Of a DNA stretch of 64,000 nucleotides, positions 54,780 through 62,421 are shown in pieces. The position numbers and the translations under genes were made by a program. Numbering within the stretch: position 1 is the stretch's first letter; every line of letters begins with the position of its first letter. This DNA is from Steroidobacteraceae bacterium (GTDB taxonomy: Bacteria > Pseudomonadota > Gammaproteobacteria > Steroidobacterales > Steroidobacteraceae): the NCBI GenBank assembly GCA_036498905.1, contig DASYER010000075.1, positions 7,968 through 71,967 on the forward strand. The letters run 5' to 3'. The notes below the pieces were generated by a model. That model did not search any database. It had not been told where the DNA came from and saw only the letters and a list, made by a program, of their open reading frames with translations.

Positions 54780-56507
54780 ATGAACTGTACGGGGGTCATT
54801 CGGGCAGCCGCAATGGTGCTGGGACTGGCTGGCACGGCCGGTGCAGCCGCCGCAACCCACGGACGGGTGACCGACCTGAACGGCGCACCGTTGGCCCAGG
54901 CGATGGTGACACTCACCAAGTCCGCGCAAGCCGCCGGCGCCACCGCGACCACTGTATTCACGAACGCCACCGGGGAATTCAGCTTCGCGGCAAATGCACC
55001 GCAAGGCACACTGCGGGTGCGGCTGCTGAATTACCGACAGATCGGCAACTCGATACGCGTCGGCGCGCAGGCACTGACCATCCTGATGAGCCCCGAGGCG
55101 AACCAGGCCGGAACGGCCCCCGCTTCGGCCTATCTGAAGGACATCAAGAATCCGGCCCATCGGGAGGCGTTGGTGATGACCTGCGTCGCCTGCCACCAGC
55201 TGCCGGCGCCCGAGGTGCGGGCCTACGCCAAACTGCTCGACGACACCCCTTCGACTCAATCAGCTGCCGGCCGCGAGCTTGCCTGGGCGGCGGTCGTGAA
55301 GCAGATGAACTACATCTCCAACGTGGAGTTCGGCCGGGCGGGCAACCTGGTCCCTTCCGGCGACAATGTGTATTCGGGCGGCGATCCGGCACCCACGGCC
55401 AAACTGCTCAATGAAGCGCTGCGCGGTCCGCTGCTCGAGGTCCGCGGATACAGTTACGGCGCGCCGCTGATCGTGACGGCGCGCACCATCATTCGGGAGT
55501 TCGAAGTCCCCCCACCGAATGCGGTCCGCGAAGCTGTTCCATTCGAGGGCACGAACTACCTGTATGCGGCGGATGTCAGCTCAAACCGGCTGATCCGTAT
55601 CGACACCCGCTCTGGAGCCGTGAAGGACTACCCGATTCCCGGAAAGGAACTGTGGGGACCGCACACGCTCGTGCCCGGTGCCGACGGGATCTGGGCGAGC
55701 CCATTTTTTCCAGGTGCGCTGATGCGCTTCGATCCGCATGCGGAGCAATGGAAGCTGTGGCGCCTGAATCCACCGGGAGGACTTCCGGTCGGGCTGCACG
55801 ACATCTCCTTCGACGCCAACCATGATCTGGTCACCGATCAGCATGGTCGCATCTGGTTTTCAGACATCGTCAACAATGCCGTGGGCTGGCTGGATCCGAA
55901 GTCCGGCAGGACCGGCGAGTTCAAAATCCCGCCGGTGCGCGCTCGTACGGGCGGTGAACAGGTCTACGGCCTGGCCATGAGCCCCGATCGTACGCACGTG
56001 TGGTACTGCCAGCTCGGGATCGGCAGCTTCGGCAGTTTCAATACCGAGACCCTCAAGTTCGAGACCCACGTGGAATTCGCCAGTGCCACCGCGGGGCCGC
56101 GTCGGATGTCGATGTCCGATGACGGGGTTTTGTATCTGGCCCTGTATGGGGCTGGGCAACTCGCCGTGTACGACACGAAGGCCGGGCGCATGGTGGGCAT
56201 TTATGATCTGCCCGATCGCGCCAGCGCGCCGTATGCGACGACCTGGGACCCGATCCGCAAGGTGGTGTGGGTTTCGACCTCCAATGCGGATGCCATCTAT
56301 CGCTTTGACCCGCGCACGCGGGCCATGGGCGTACTGCCCTTACCACGCGAGCGCGGCTTTCTGCGCATGTTGTATGTCGATCGCCACAGCGGCTCATTGG
56401 TGAGCTCCTACGCCAACATCGTGGAGCACGTCCGCGGCCCGCGCATGGCGCTGCTCATTGACCTCGGCGACGGTGCAACCACGACGGTTGCGGAGGCAGC
56501 CCGATGA
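54780..56507 (+). CDS. secreted CarboxypepD_reg-like + heme-c (CxxCH) + beta-propeller protein
   Basis: Signal peptide, then an N-terminal Ig-like block (HGRVTDLNGAPLAQAMVTL). One CVACH motif follows, then about 350 aa of repeated propeller blades resembling the Vgb-lyase/SMP-30 type. Confidence 0.65.
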   Translation: MNCTGVIRAAAMVLGLAGTAGAAAATHGRVTDLNGAPLAQAMVTLTKSAQAAGATATTVFTNATGEFSFAANAPQGTLRVRLLNYRQIGNSIRVGAQALTILMSPEANQAGTAPASAYLKDIKNPAHREALVMTCVACHQLPAPEVRAYAKLLDDTPSTQSAAGRELAWAAVVKQMNYISNVEFGRAGNLVPSGDNVYSGGDPAPTAKLLNEALRGPLLEVRGYSYGAPLIVTARTIIREFEVPPPNAVREAVPFEGTNYLYAADVSSNRLIRIDTRSGAVKDYPIPGKELWGPHTLVPGADGIWASPFFPGALMRFDPHAEQWKLWRLNPPGGLPVGLHDISFDANHDLVTDQHGRIWFSDIVNNAVGWLDPKSGRTGEFKIPPVRARTGGEQVYGLAMSPDRTHVWYCQLGIGSFGSFNTETLKFETHVEFASATAGPRRMSMSDDGVLYLALYGAGQLAVYDTKAGRMVGIYDLPDRASAPYATTWDPIRKVVWVSTSNADAIYRFDPRTRAMGVLPLPRERGFLRMLYVDRHSGSLVSSYANIVEHVRGPRMALLIDLGDGATTTVAEAAR

Positions 56508-56854
56508 AAATCTCCTGCGGCGCACCGCTCGTCATGACACTGCTCTTGGTGCTGCCGACGGCCGGATTCGCGGCCGATGCTGGCCTGCGACAGGGCCTGT
56601 CCCCGCTGGCCGCTCACCAGCATTGCGATGAGTGCCATGCGATGCAGGAGGCACGCATCGGGCCGCCATTTGTAGCGGTGGCTGCCCGCTATGCCGCCGA
56701 GAAGGATGCGGCCGTCAATCGCCTGGCACTGAAGATCATCAATGGCGGCGCTGGCAACTGGGGCACCATTCCGATGGTCCCCAATGAACGGATCAGCCTT
56801 GATGATGCGCGGGCTATCGCGCGCTGGATCCTCGCGCTAGGCCATACAGGCTAG
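56504..56854 (+). CDS. class I cytochrome c (c551/c8-like)
   Basis: ATGA overlap with the upstream gene. Signal peptide, CDECH motif and GGAGNWGTIPMVPN. Confidence 0.85.
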   Translation: MKISCGAPLVMTLLLVLPTAGFAADAGLRQGLSPLAAHQHCDECHAMQEARIGPPFVAVAARYAAEKDAAVNRLALKIINGGAGNWGTIPMVPNERISLDDARAIARWILALGHTG

Positions 56855-56864
56855 CGCCGCCGGA

Positions 56865-57218
56865 TCAGGCTCCCGCCGACTCACGGACAAGATCCTGAGT
56901 TGCCTTTCGGAGTGCGTCCTCAAACATCGGCGCCAGATCTCGCAGCACGAACTGGACCCGCTGCTGTGGCTCAAGCGTCGCGTTGGTTCGCAAAGTGGCC
57001 AGATAGAAATCGAGAAATCGCTCCTCATTCTCGAATGACAGCCGCGACGGGTTGCCGTGCGGAGCTGCGATTACCAACACCACGAAGGGATGGTTCATCG
57101 CCTCGAACTGCGGCACGTTTTCAATGCCCACGACCTTGCGCAGGGTTTCACGGGAGGCGGGTTGCCGCAGATCAAACACGGCCGCTATCGTGCGCTGGCT
57201 CGTAGCATCGACGCTCAT
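56865..57218 (-). CDS. hypothetical protein (117 aa)
   Basis: ORF with genome-typical codon bias that fills an otherwise empty gap. No motif recognised. Confidence 0.4.
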   Translation of the reverse strand: MSVDATSQRTIAAVFDLRQPASRETLRKVVGIENVPQFEAMNHPFVVLVIAAPHGNPSRLSFENEERFLDFYLATLRTNATLEPQQRVQFVLRDLAPMFEDALRKATQDLVRESAGA

Positions 57219-57287
57219 TGGATGTCCTTTCGGTAGCTGCGCCAGAATACTAGCAGTAGCCGTGGCGTTTCCGGGTTCCCGTGCCGT

Positions 57288-58406
57288 TTACGGGGCAGGT
57301 CCCTCCAGAACACCGCCGATTTTGAGGCGGATCTTATAGACGGCATCGCAGGCGGCGACGTATAGCGTCTTCCCGTCCGCACCGCCAAAGGCGACATTGG
57401 TGGCGCAAATCTGCTTCTTCGGTTCTGCGCCAAGTATCGGCAGGTTGATGGTGCCCAACAGCTTCCCCGTGGGCGCCGTCACCCGCACCAGACCCGGTCC
57501 CGCGCCGCCTGTAGAATAGATATCTCCTTGCGAGTCGGAGCGCATGCCATCGCCGATGCCCACCCCCTGTGCGAATAGCGTCCCGTCGGCCAGGGTGTCG
57601 TCCGGTTTGACGCTATAGCGCATCATCTTGTTGAATGCGCTCAGGTAGAGGTATTTCTCATCGGCCGAGAGGGTGACTCCGTTGGGAATGCCACCCAGCT
57701 GCTTATCAGTGAGCAACTGAGTCGTCTTGCCGTTCTTAATCAGCCAGACGGCATCCTGCAATTCCTTTTGCGGGCTTTTCATCGCACCGCGCAGGCCGAA
57801 GTCATTGTCGGTCAGATACACGGCACCATCGGATTTAATCGAAATGTCGTTGGGGCCGTTGAAATGCAGGCGCCCTGCTCCATCCGACAGCACGACATGC
57901 CGACCATCTTTCTCCAGGCGCATCACTTTGCGGTCATCATCGGCACACCACAGAATCCGACCCTGCGGATCGACCCCCGAGCAGGAGGGCCCGATCAGCA
58001 GCACGTGTGAGCGGCCGGCCCGTGTCTGGGCGCCAACATTCTCGACATCCTCGCCCGAATAGCCGGCCTTCTCCATGAAGACCGAGACGACATTGTCGGG
58101 AGTGATCTTGTAGAGCACGTTGTCCAGCAACCCGCCGAGCAGCAGAAAGCCGCTGCCGTGACCGTCCCGCACCCAGGTCGTCCCCTCGTTGAGTCCGAAA
58201 CCCGAGGCCACAAGTTCGACCTTCGCATCCGGTGCGATCAATGCATCCAGTCCCGGATCGGCCCGAGTGATGCTGGAAGGCATTGGAGCCGGCGCCGGTC
58301 CGTCCCCGCGCATCTGCGCCGCGGCCGCCGCGCACGGAGCCCAGTACAGCGAGCCTGCCAAGGCTACGACCGCCGATGCGGCGACCATCAATCCATTCGA
58401 TTTCAT
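57288..58406 (-). CDS. SMP-30/gluconolactonase/LRE-family beta-propeller protein, secreted
   Basis: Signal peptide. Blocks GPNDISIKSDGAVYLTDNDFGLRG and PNGVTLSADEKYLYLS. Confidence 0.8.
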   Translation of the reverse strand: MKSNGLMVAASAVVALAGSLYWAPCAAAAAQMRGDGPAPAPMPSSITRADPGLDALIAPDAKVELVASGFGLNEGTTWVRDGHGSGFLLLGGLLDNVLYKITPDNVVSVFMEKAGYSGEDVENVGAQTRAGRSHVLLIGPSCSGVDPQGRILWCADDDRKVMRLEKDGRHVVLSDGAGRLHFNGPNDISIKSDGAVYLTDNDFGLRGAMKSPQKELQDAVWLIKNGKTTQLLTDKQLGGIPNGVTLSADEKYLYLSAFNKMMRYSVKPDDTLADGTLFAQGVGIGDGMRSDSQGDIYSTGGAGPGLVRVTAPTGKLLGTINLPILGAEPKKQICATNVAFGGADGKTLYVAACDAVYKIRLKIGGVLEGPAP

Positions 58407-58501
58407 GGGAACTCCCTGCAGTTCGCGCGAAGGGGCCGCAGCGCGCCGGCCGGCTTAGGATACTGCAGGGAGATCAGGACGGCAGCGAAACAGACTATCG
58501 G

Positions 58502-59389
58502 CTAGTTCGGTACCTGTGCGAATTGCCCGGAAGGATCGCTGAAGATGATTTCCACGCGACGATTCTGCTGGCGGCCCTCCGGCGTGTCGTTTGATGCCAC
58601 CGGAAAGGCTTTGCCCCGACCCCGTGTCCGCACGCTGTCCTGCGCAACACCGCGCTCGCTCAACGCATCGGCCACAGCGCGCGCACGCCGCTCGGACAGC
58701 GCGTCGTTGTACTCATCGGTGCCGCGACTGTCCGTGTGCCCTTCGATGAGGATCTTGGTCTGCGGATTGGCATTCAAAAACGCCGCCAGGCGCCCGATTA
58801 CCAGGTTGGCTCCGGGCTTCAGGGTTGCCTGCGCCGTGTCGAACAGCACATCCCCGAGGGTGACGACCATGCCCCGATCGGTTTTCTTGGCCTGCAGATC
58901 CGCCAGCTGTTGCTGGGTACTGGCCAATTGGGCCTGCGCTGCCACGGCCGCATTCTTCGCCAGATCGGCCTGCACCTGGGCATTCTGGGCCTGCGCCTGG
59001 GCGCTCTGAGCCTGCGCCTGCGCGTTCTGGGCTTCGCGAGTGCGCGCGGCCAGCAGGATCTTGTTGCGGTCCTCCTGCGCCCGTGCGATTTCCTGACGCG
59101 CGCGCGCTTCGGACACCCGGGCCTCACCGGCCTGTGCATGGCGCAGTGCCAGATAGGCCAGATGATCCACTATCGCCGGCGGTTGATCGTGCTGCTGGGC
59201 GACCTCGGCCTGCTGCAACGAATCACGCGCGGCCTCAAGGTCACGACCGGCCGCCTGCTGCGCCAAGGGCTCCTGGGCGAGCGTGTCGATTTCGGCACGT
59301 GCCTGCTCAACCTGCTCACTTCGCTGCGGGACCGACGCACAAGCCGCGAGCAAAGACGCCACGGCCCCCACTAATATGATTTGTTTCAT
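58502..59389 (-). CDS. OmpA-family lipoprotein with DUF4398-like N-domain
   Basis: Lipobox LLAACAS, an AQ-rich coiled-coil, and a C-terminal OmpA domain (ILIEGHTDSRGTDEYNDALSERRARAVADAL). Confidence 0.9.
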   Translation of the reverse strand: MKQIILVGAVASLLAACASVPQRSEQVEQARAEIDTLAQEPLAQQAAGRDLEAARDSLQQAEVAQQHDQPPAIVDHLAYLALRHAQAGEARVSEARARQEIARAQEDRNKILLAARTREAQNAQAQAQSAQAQAQNAQVQADLAKNAAVAAQAQLASTQQQLADLQAKKTDRGMVVTLGDVLFDTAQATLKPGANLVIGRLAAFLNANPQTKILIEGHTDSRGTDEYNDALSERRARAVADALSERGVAQDSVRTRGRGKAFPVASNDTPEGRQQNRRVEIIFSDPSGQFAQVPN

Positions 59390-59410
59390 CGCAAACTCCT
59401 CAGAAGCGCC

Positions 59411-59800
59411 TTATTGGGCGTTCGAATTGGCGTCCGCCGCACGAGCCGACTCCCGGCGCAAGGTTTCATTCCCCTGCACGACCTCGTGAGCCGCTCGCTG
59501 CGCTTCGGCATCGGCGGCACGGGCCGTAGCCACATCGGCGTCCGCTTCGGCTGACTGCGCGTAGCGCCGCGCCTCATCGTATTTACCCTCGCCGTTCGCC
59601 TTTTCGGCGTTGCTGAGTTCGTCATGCGCACGTTGCAGGTCTGCCGCCGCAGAACGCTGCGCGCCGCCCTTGTCTGCCTGCTCGATTACGGTCCGCGCAC
59701 GCGTCACCTCTTCCGAGGGTGGAGGCCCCTCGGTGGCACAGCCGGCGGCCAGGCCGCACGCGAGCAGTGCGGCCGATAACAATTGAGTTCGAAGCGACAT
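59411..59800 (-). CDS. DUF4398-like helical lipoprotein (129 aa)
   Basis: Start trimmed to MSLRTQLLSAALLACGLAAGCA (lipobox). Helical and Ala/Glu-rich. Commonly paired with the OmpA gene downstream. Confidence 0.7.
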   Translation of the reverse strand: MSLRTQLLSAALLACGLAAGCATEGPPPSEEVTRARTVIEQADKGGAQRSAAADLQRAHDELSNAEKANGEGKYDEARRYAQSAEADADVATARAADAEAQRAAHEVVQGNETLRRESARAADANSNAQ

Positions 59801-59939
59801 GAGTTTTCCCTCAAGGTTCGATGCAAGTACAGGTTGCATCGTAGGATGAGGGCGCGGCCTTGGCCGTCGGCGATGAGCGCTCTTGTGGGGGCGCCTAATC
59901 CGCAATCCCGCGTAGGACTGCGCCGCGCACAGCTTCAAG

Positions 59940-59962
59940 GCCCGCTCTGCCGTAGAGCGGGT
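59940..59962 (-). terminator. possible intrinsic terminator hairpin after 59979-62042
   Basis: CCCGCTCT-GCCGT-AGAGCGGG 8-bp GC-rich stem located 17 nt after the stop. The U-tract is weak (CCUUGAAG). Confidence 0.3.
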
Positions 59963-59978
59963 CTTAAGCCCCTGGCGT

Positions 59979-62042
59979 CTAGTTCGACAGCACGACCGCG
60001 ATTCTGGTGGCAGTCAGGGTATTGCTCGCCGCATCGTACCGGCCGGTGGCACTCACGCCCTGCACACCCCTCGCACCCGGCAGTTCGCCGGCCAGAACCG
60101 CCACGAAACTTGCGAAATCCATGAACATTTCACTGTGCATGGGACCGGACTGCCCGATCGTGAAAACATCACTGCTGCCGCTCAGATCCGGAACGATGGA
60201 CAGTGGGGAGGACACGTTCCGCAGGTCGAGGTCCTGGGGCCCGATGCGAATGGAGTCGTCGCCGTCACCATTTGAATCGTTGCTGCCGCTGTTGCCGCTG
60301 CCATTGCTGTTGCCACTGCCACTACCACTGCCATTGCCGCTGTTGCCATTGCCGCTATTGCCATTGCCATTGCCATTGCTTCCACCATTTGCGGTGGGCA
60401 GCTGCAGTAGCAGGCTGGTGCTGGCACTGGTGAGCTGGGCAAACGCCGTCGTTGAACCGCCGTGATCGAAATGCACGTTCAGCTGCGCCGGCAAGGTCGG
60501 CAACCCGATCAGTGTTTCGGCTGTGAAATCCGGAGGTGCAGAGCCGAAGGGCGTTGCGAAGCCGCGCACCCCGGTAAAACCAGTGACGGCGAACGCGCTC
60601 AGATCCAGTGTGCCGGTATTCACCACATAGGCATTGGCACTGGCGTCGGTGGCCGTGCTGCTGCCGGTACCTGAGAAGTCGAATGCCATTGGGGGTAGAC
60701 CGTCAAGCGATTGCAGTGCCAGGCTCACCGAACCGGTCTGGAGGCTGGTCATCACGCCCCAAGCCGGGGTCACATCCAGGCGGACCTGGCCGTTGCTGGT
60801 ATCAAGAGTCAGGGTGTGATCACTGCCACGCGTCGCCGCGCCGAAGGCCTCGATATGCTGTCCAACTGAAACGTCCGCGGTCGTGAATGTACCGGTCTGG
60901 CCCTGTTTTACGACCACCGTGCCGGCGCCGATGGTGATCTTGGCGTCACGCTGTTCGAAATCGAAATCGCCGTTACCCTCGTTCCAGGTGGCCGCTCGAA
61001 CCGTCAATGTGGTCTGGTTACGCGCAATCACTGTACCGGACAGCTGGTCCTGACCCGCGCGCTCGAGGCTGCTCCCAGCCAACACGTTCGTTGCCGCGAT
61101 CACCGGCGCGGTGCCGCTTTGGGTTGTTCCGAATGCCGCAACTTTGGCATTCATCGGCAGTGCGGCCAACGCCGTCAGGCCGGCATCCCCGAGATAGGCC
61201 TTGCCATCAATCTGGTACGTCGTGGCCGGGTTCACCTGCACCGTCACCTCGCCCACGGAGGCGCCTTCGTCCTGGAACGGCTGCACCGCCACCAGGAACT
61301 GATCCTGCGCCGCCGTCGTACTCGTCAGTAGTCCGCGTACGCGAACTGGCCGGGTATCGGATGCGGCCAAACTGGCCACCAGCGTTGGAGTGACCGTGAC
61401 GGTGTCAGCGGTAAGGTCCACCGCATTCGAGACGGCCAGATTGAAGTCCAGTGCCAGCCTGGCGAGGTCATTCGGGTTGATTTTCAGATGATGGGTTGCA
61501 TCGAGCTGCACCGTGACACTGAGCGGCCCCGTAAGAGGCTGGCCGGTGCTGTCCACGGGCGTTAGCGCCACCGGATTGCCCGTGCCATCGTCGGCGCTGA
61601 TCTGCGAGTTGCTGTAGTCAATCGTGAGTTTCGCGGCGACGTACTCGGCCTGCGGGATTTGGCCCGCGCTTAGCACTTCGGAAAGATCGACGAGCTTGGT
61701 GAAATCGACCTTGGTCGTCGTCGGGATGGTTTCCACCGTGGCGCCTGCGGCGGTTTGAAGCTGCAAAGACGTCAATGAAACGATGTAGCTGAGAAAATCG
61801 CCCTTCGCATCGGTCATCGTGATCAGCGCAGTACCGCAAGTCTGCGCCGAGCAGCTCTGAGTAGTGGTGGCAGGTGCCATCGGGGTGGATGGCATCGTGG
61901 CGGGTGCCGCGGCGACTGACGCCATGGCTGCCGGTGCCGCTCCCATCGTCGTGCCACCGCATGCATCGAGCAGCGAGGCCAAACCGATGACGGCCATTGT
62001 GACCCGCAAAATTCGACCAGCGCGCAGTTGCCAGGCATGCAT
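59979..62042 (-). CDS. secreted/lipoprotein, DUF4382-like, with Asn/Gly/Ser low-complexity linker
   Basis: Signal/lipobox LASLLDACGG. ALITMTDAKGDFLSYIVSLTSLQL resembles the DUF4382 opening. A 45-aa NG/SG run lies near the C-terminus. Start uncertain (62042 or 61997). Confidence 0.6.
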   Translation of the reverse strand: MHAWQLRAGRILRVTMAVIGLASLLDACGGTTMGAAPAAMASVAAAPATMPSTPMAPATTTQSCSAQTCGTALITMTDAKGDFLSYIVSLTSLQLQTAAGATVETIPTTTKVDFTKLVDLSEVLSAGQIPQAEYVAAKLTIDYSNSQISADDGTGNPVALTPVDSTGQPLTGPLSVTVQLDATHHLKINPNDLARLALDFNLAVSNAVDLTADTVTVTPTLVASLAASDTRPVRVRGLLTSTTAAQDQFLVAVQPFQDEGASVGEVTVQVNPATTYQIDGKAYLGDAGLTALAALPMNAKVAAFGTTQSGTAPVIAATNVLAGSSLERAGQDQLSGTVIARNQTTLTVRAATWNEGNGDFDFEQRDAKITIGAGTVVVKQGQTGTFTTADVSVGQHIEAFGAATRGSDHTLTLDTSNGQVRLDVTPAWGVMTSLQTGSVSLALQSLDGLPPMAFDFSGTGSSTATDASANAYVVNTGTLDLSAFAVTGFTGVRGFATPFGSAPPDFTAETLIGLPTLPAQLNVHFDHGGSTTAFAQLTSASTSLLLQLPTANGGSNGNGNGNSGNGNSGNGSGSGSGNSNGSGNSGSNDSNGDGDDSIRIGPQDLDLRNVSSPLSIVPDLSGSSDVFTIGQSGPMHSEMFMDFASFVAVLAGELPGARGVQGVSATGRYDAASNTLTATRIAVVLSN
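60280..60386 (-). repeat. degenerate hexanucleotide tandem repeat (GCCATT/GCCGCT/GCCACT)n, coding
   Basis: About 17 consecutive 6-nt units on the plus strand. They encode NGGSNGNGNGNSGNGNSGNGSGSGSGNSNGSGNSGS on the minus strand. Confidence 0.85.
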
Positions 62043-62421
62043 TGCGAAATTCCCTTGAAGTCATTACGGATCGTAAGTACCCCAATGTGCAATCTGCGTT
62101 TCATGGATATGCGACGCCGGATGGCGACAGCAATGCGCGGCTCGATCCGCCGCAGCAGTTGTCGAAACAACAAAGGGTGTCAGATCACCGCCCCTCGGCC
62201 CGACGAGCCGCTGTGCCGCTGGCAGGCGCGCATGAATCGCACTTTTACTCTATTTATCAGGAACCTAGGTCATATCGTCGACGACCGTTGCGGCAGCAGT
62301 GGGGTCCCATCCCCTCGCGCCGACCATGGCAGTTATAACGGGCCGTCGCACGGGCTGCGCCACTTCGGGATAAAATCCCGCCATTGCTTCAGATAACAAG
62401 TAAGACCGTTAGGGGGTTTCC

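Noticed and set aside
60280-60386. Possible CRISPR or minisatellite
   Set aside because: The period is only 6 nt with no spacers, and it is in-frame inside a long ORF. I treat it as a coding low-complexity repeat, not a CRISPR array.
62028-62396. 122-aa and 98-aa plus-strand ORFs in the 380-bp gap upstream of the PQQ dehydrogenase
   Set aside because: No ribosome-binding site, atypical composition (Arg/Cys-rich) and no motif. The region is more likely a divergent promoter or leader.
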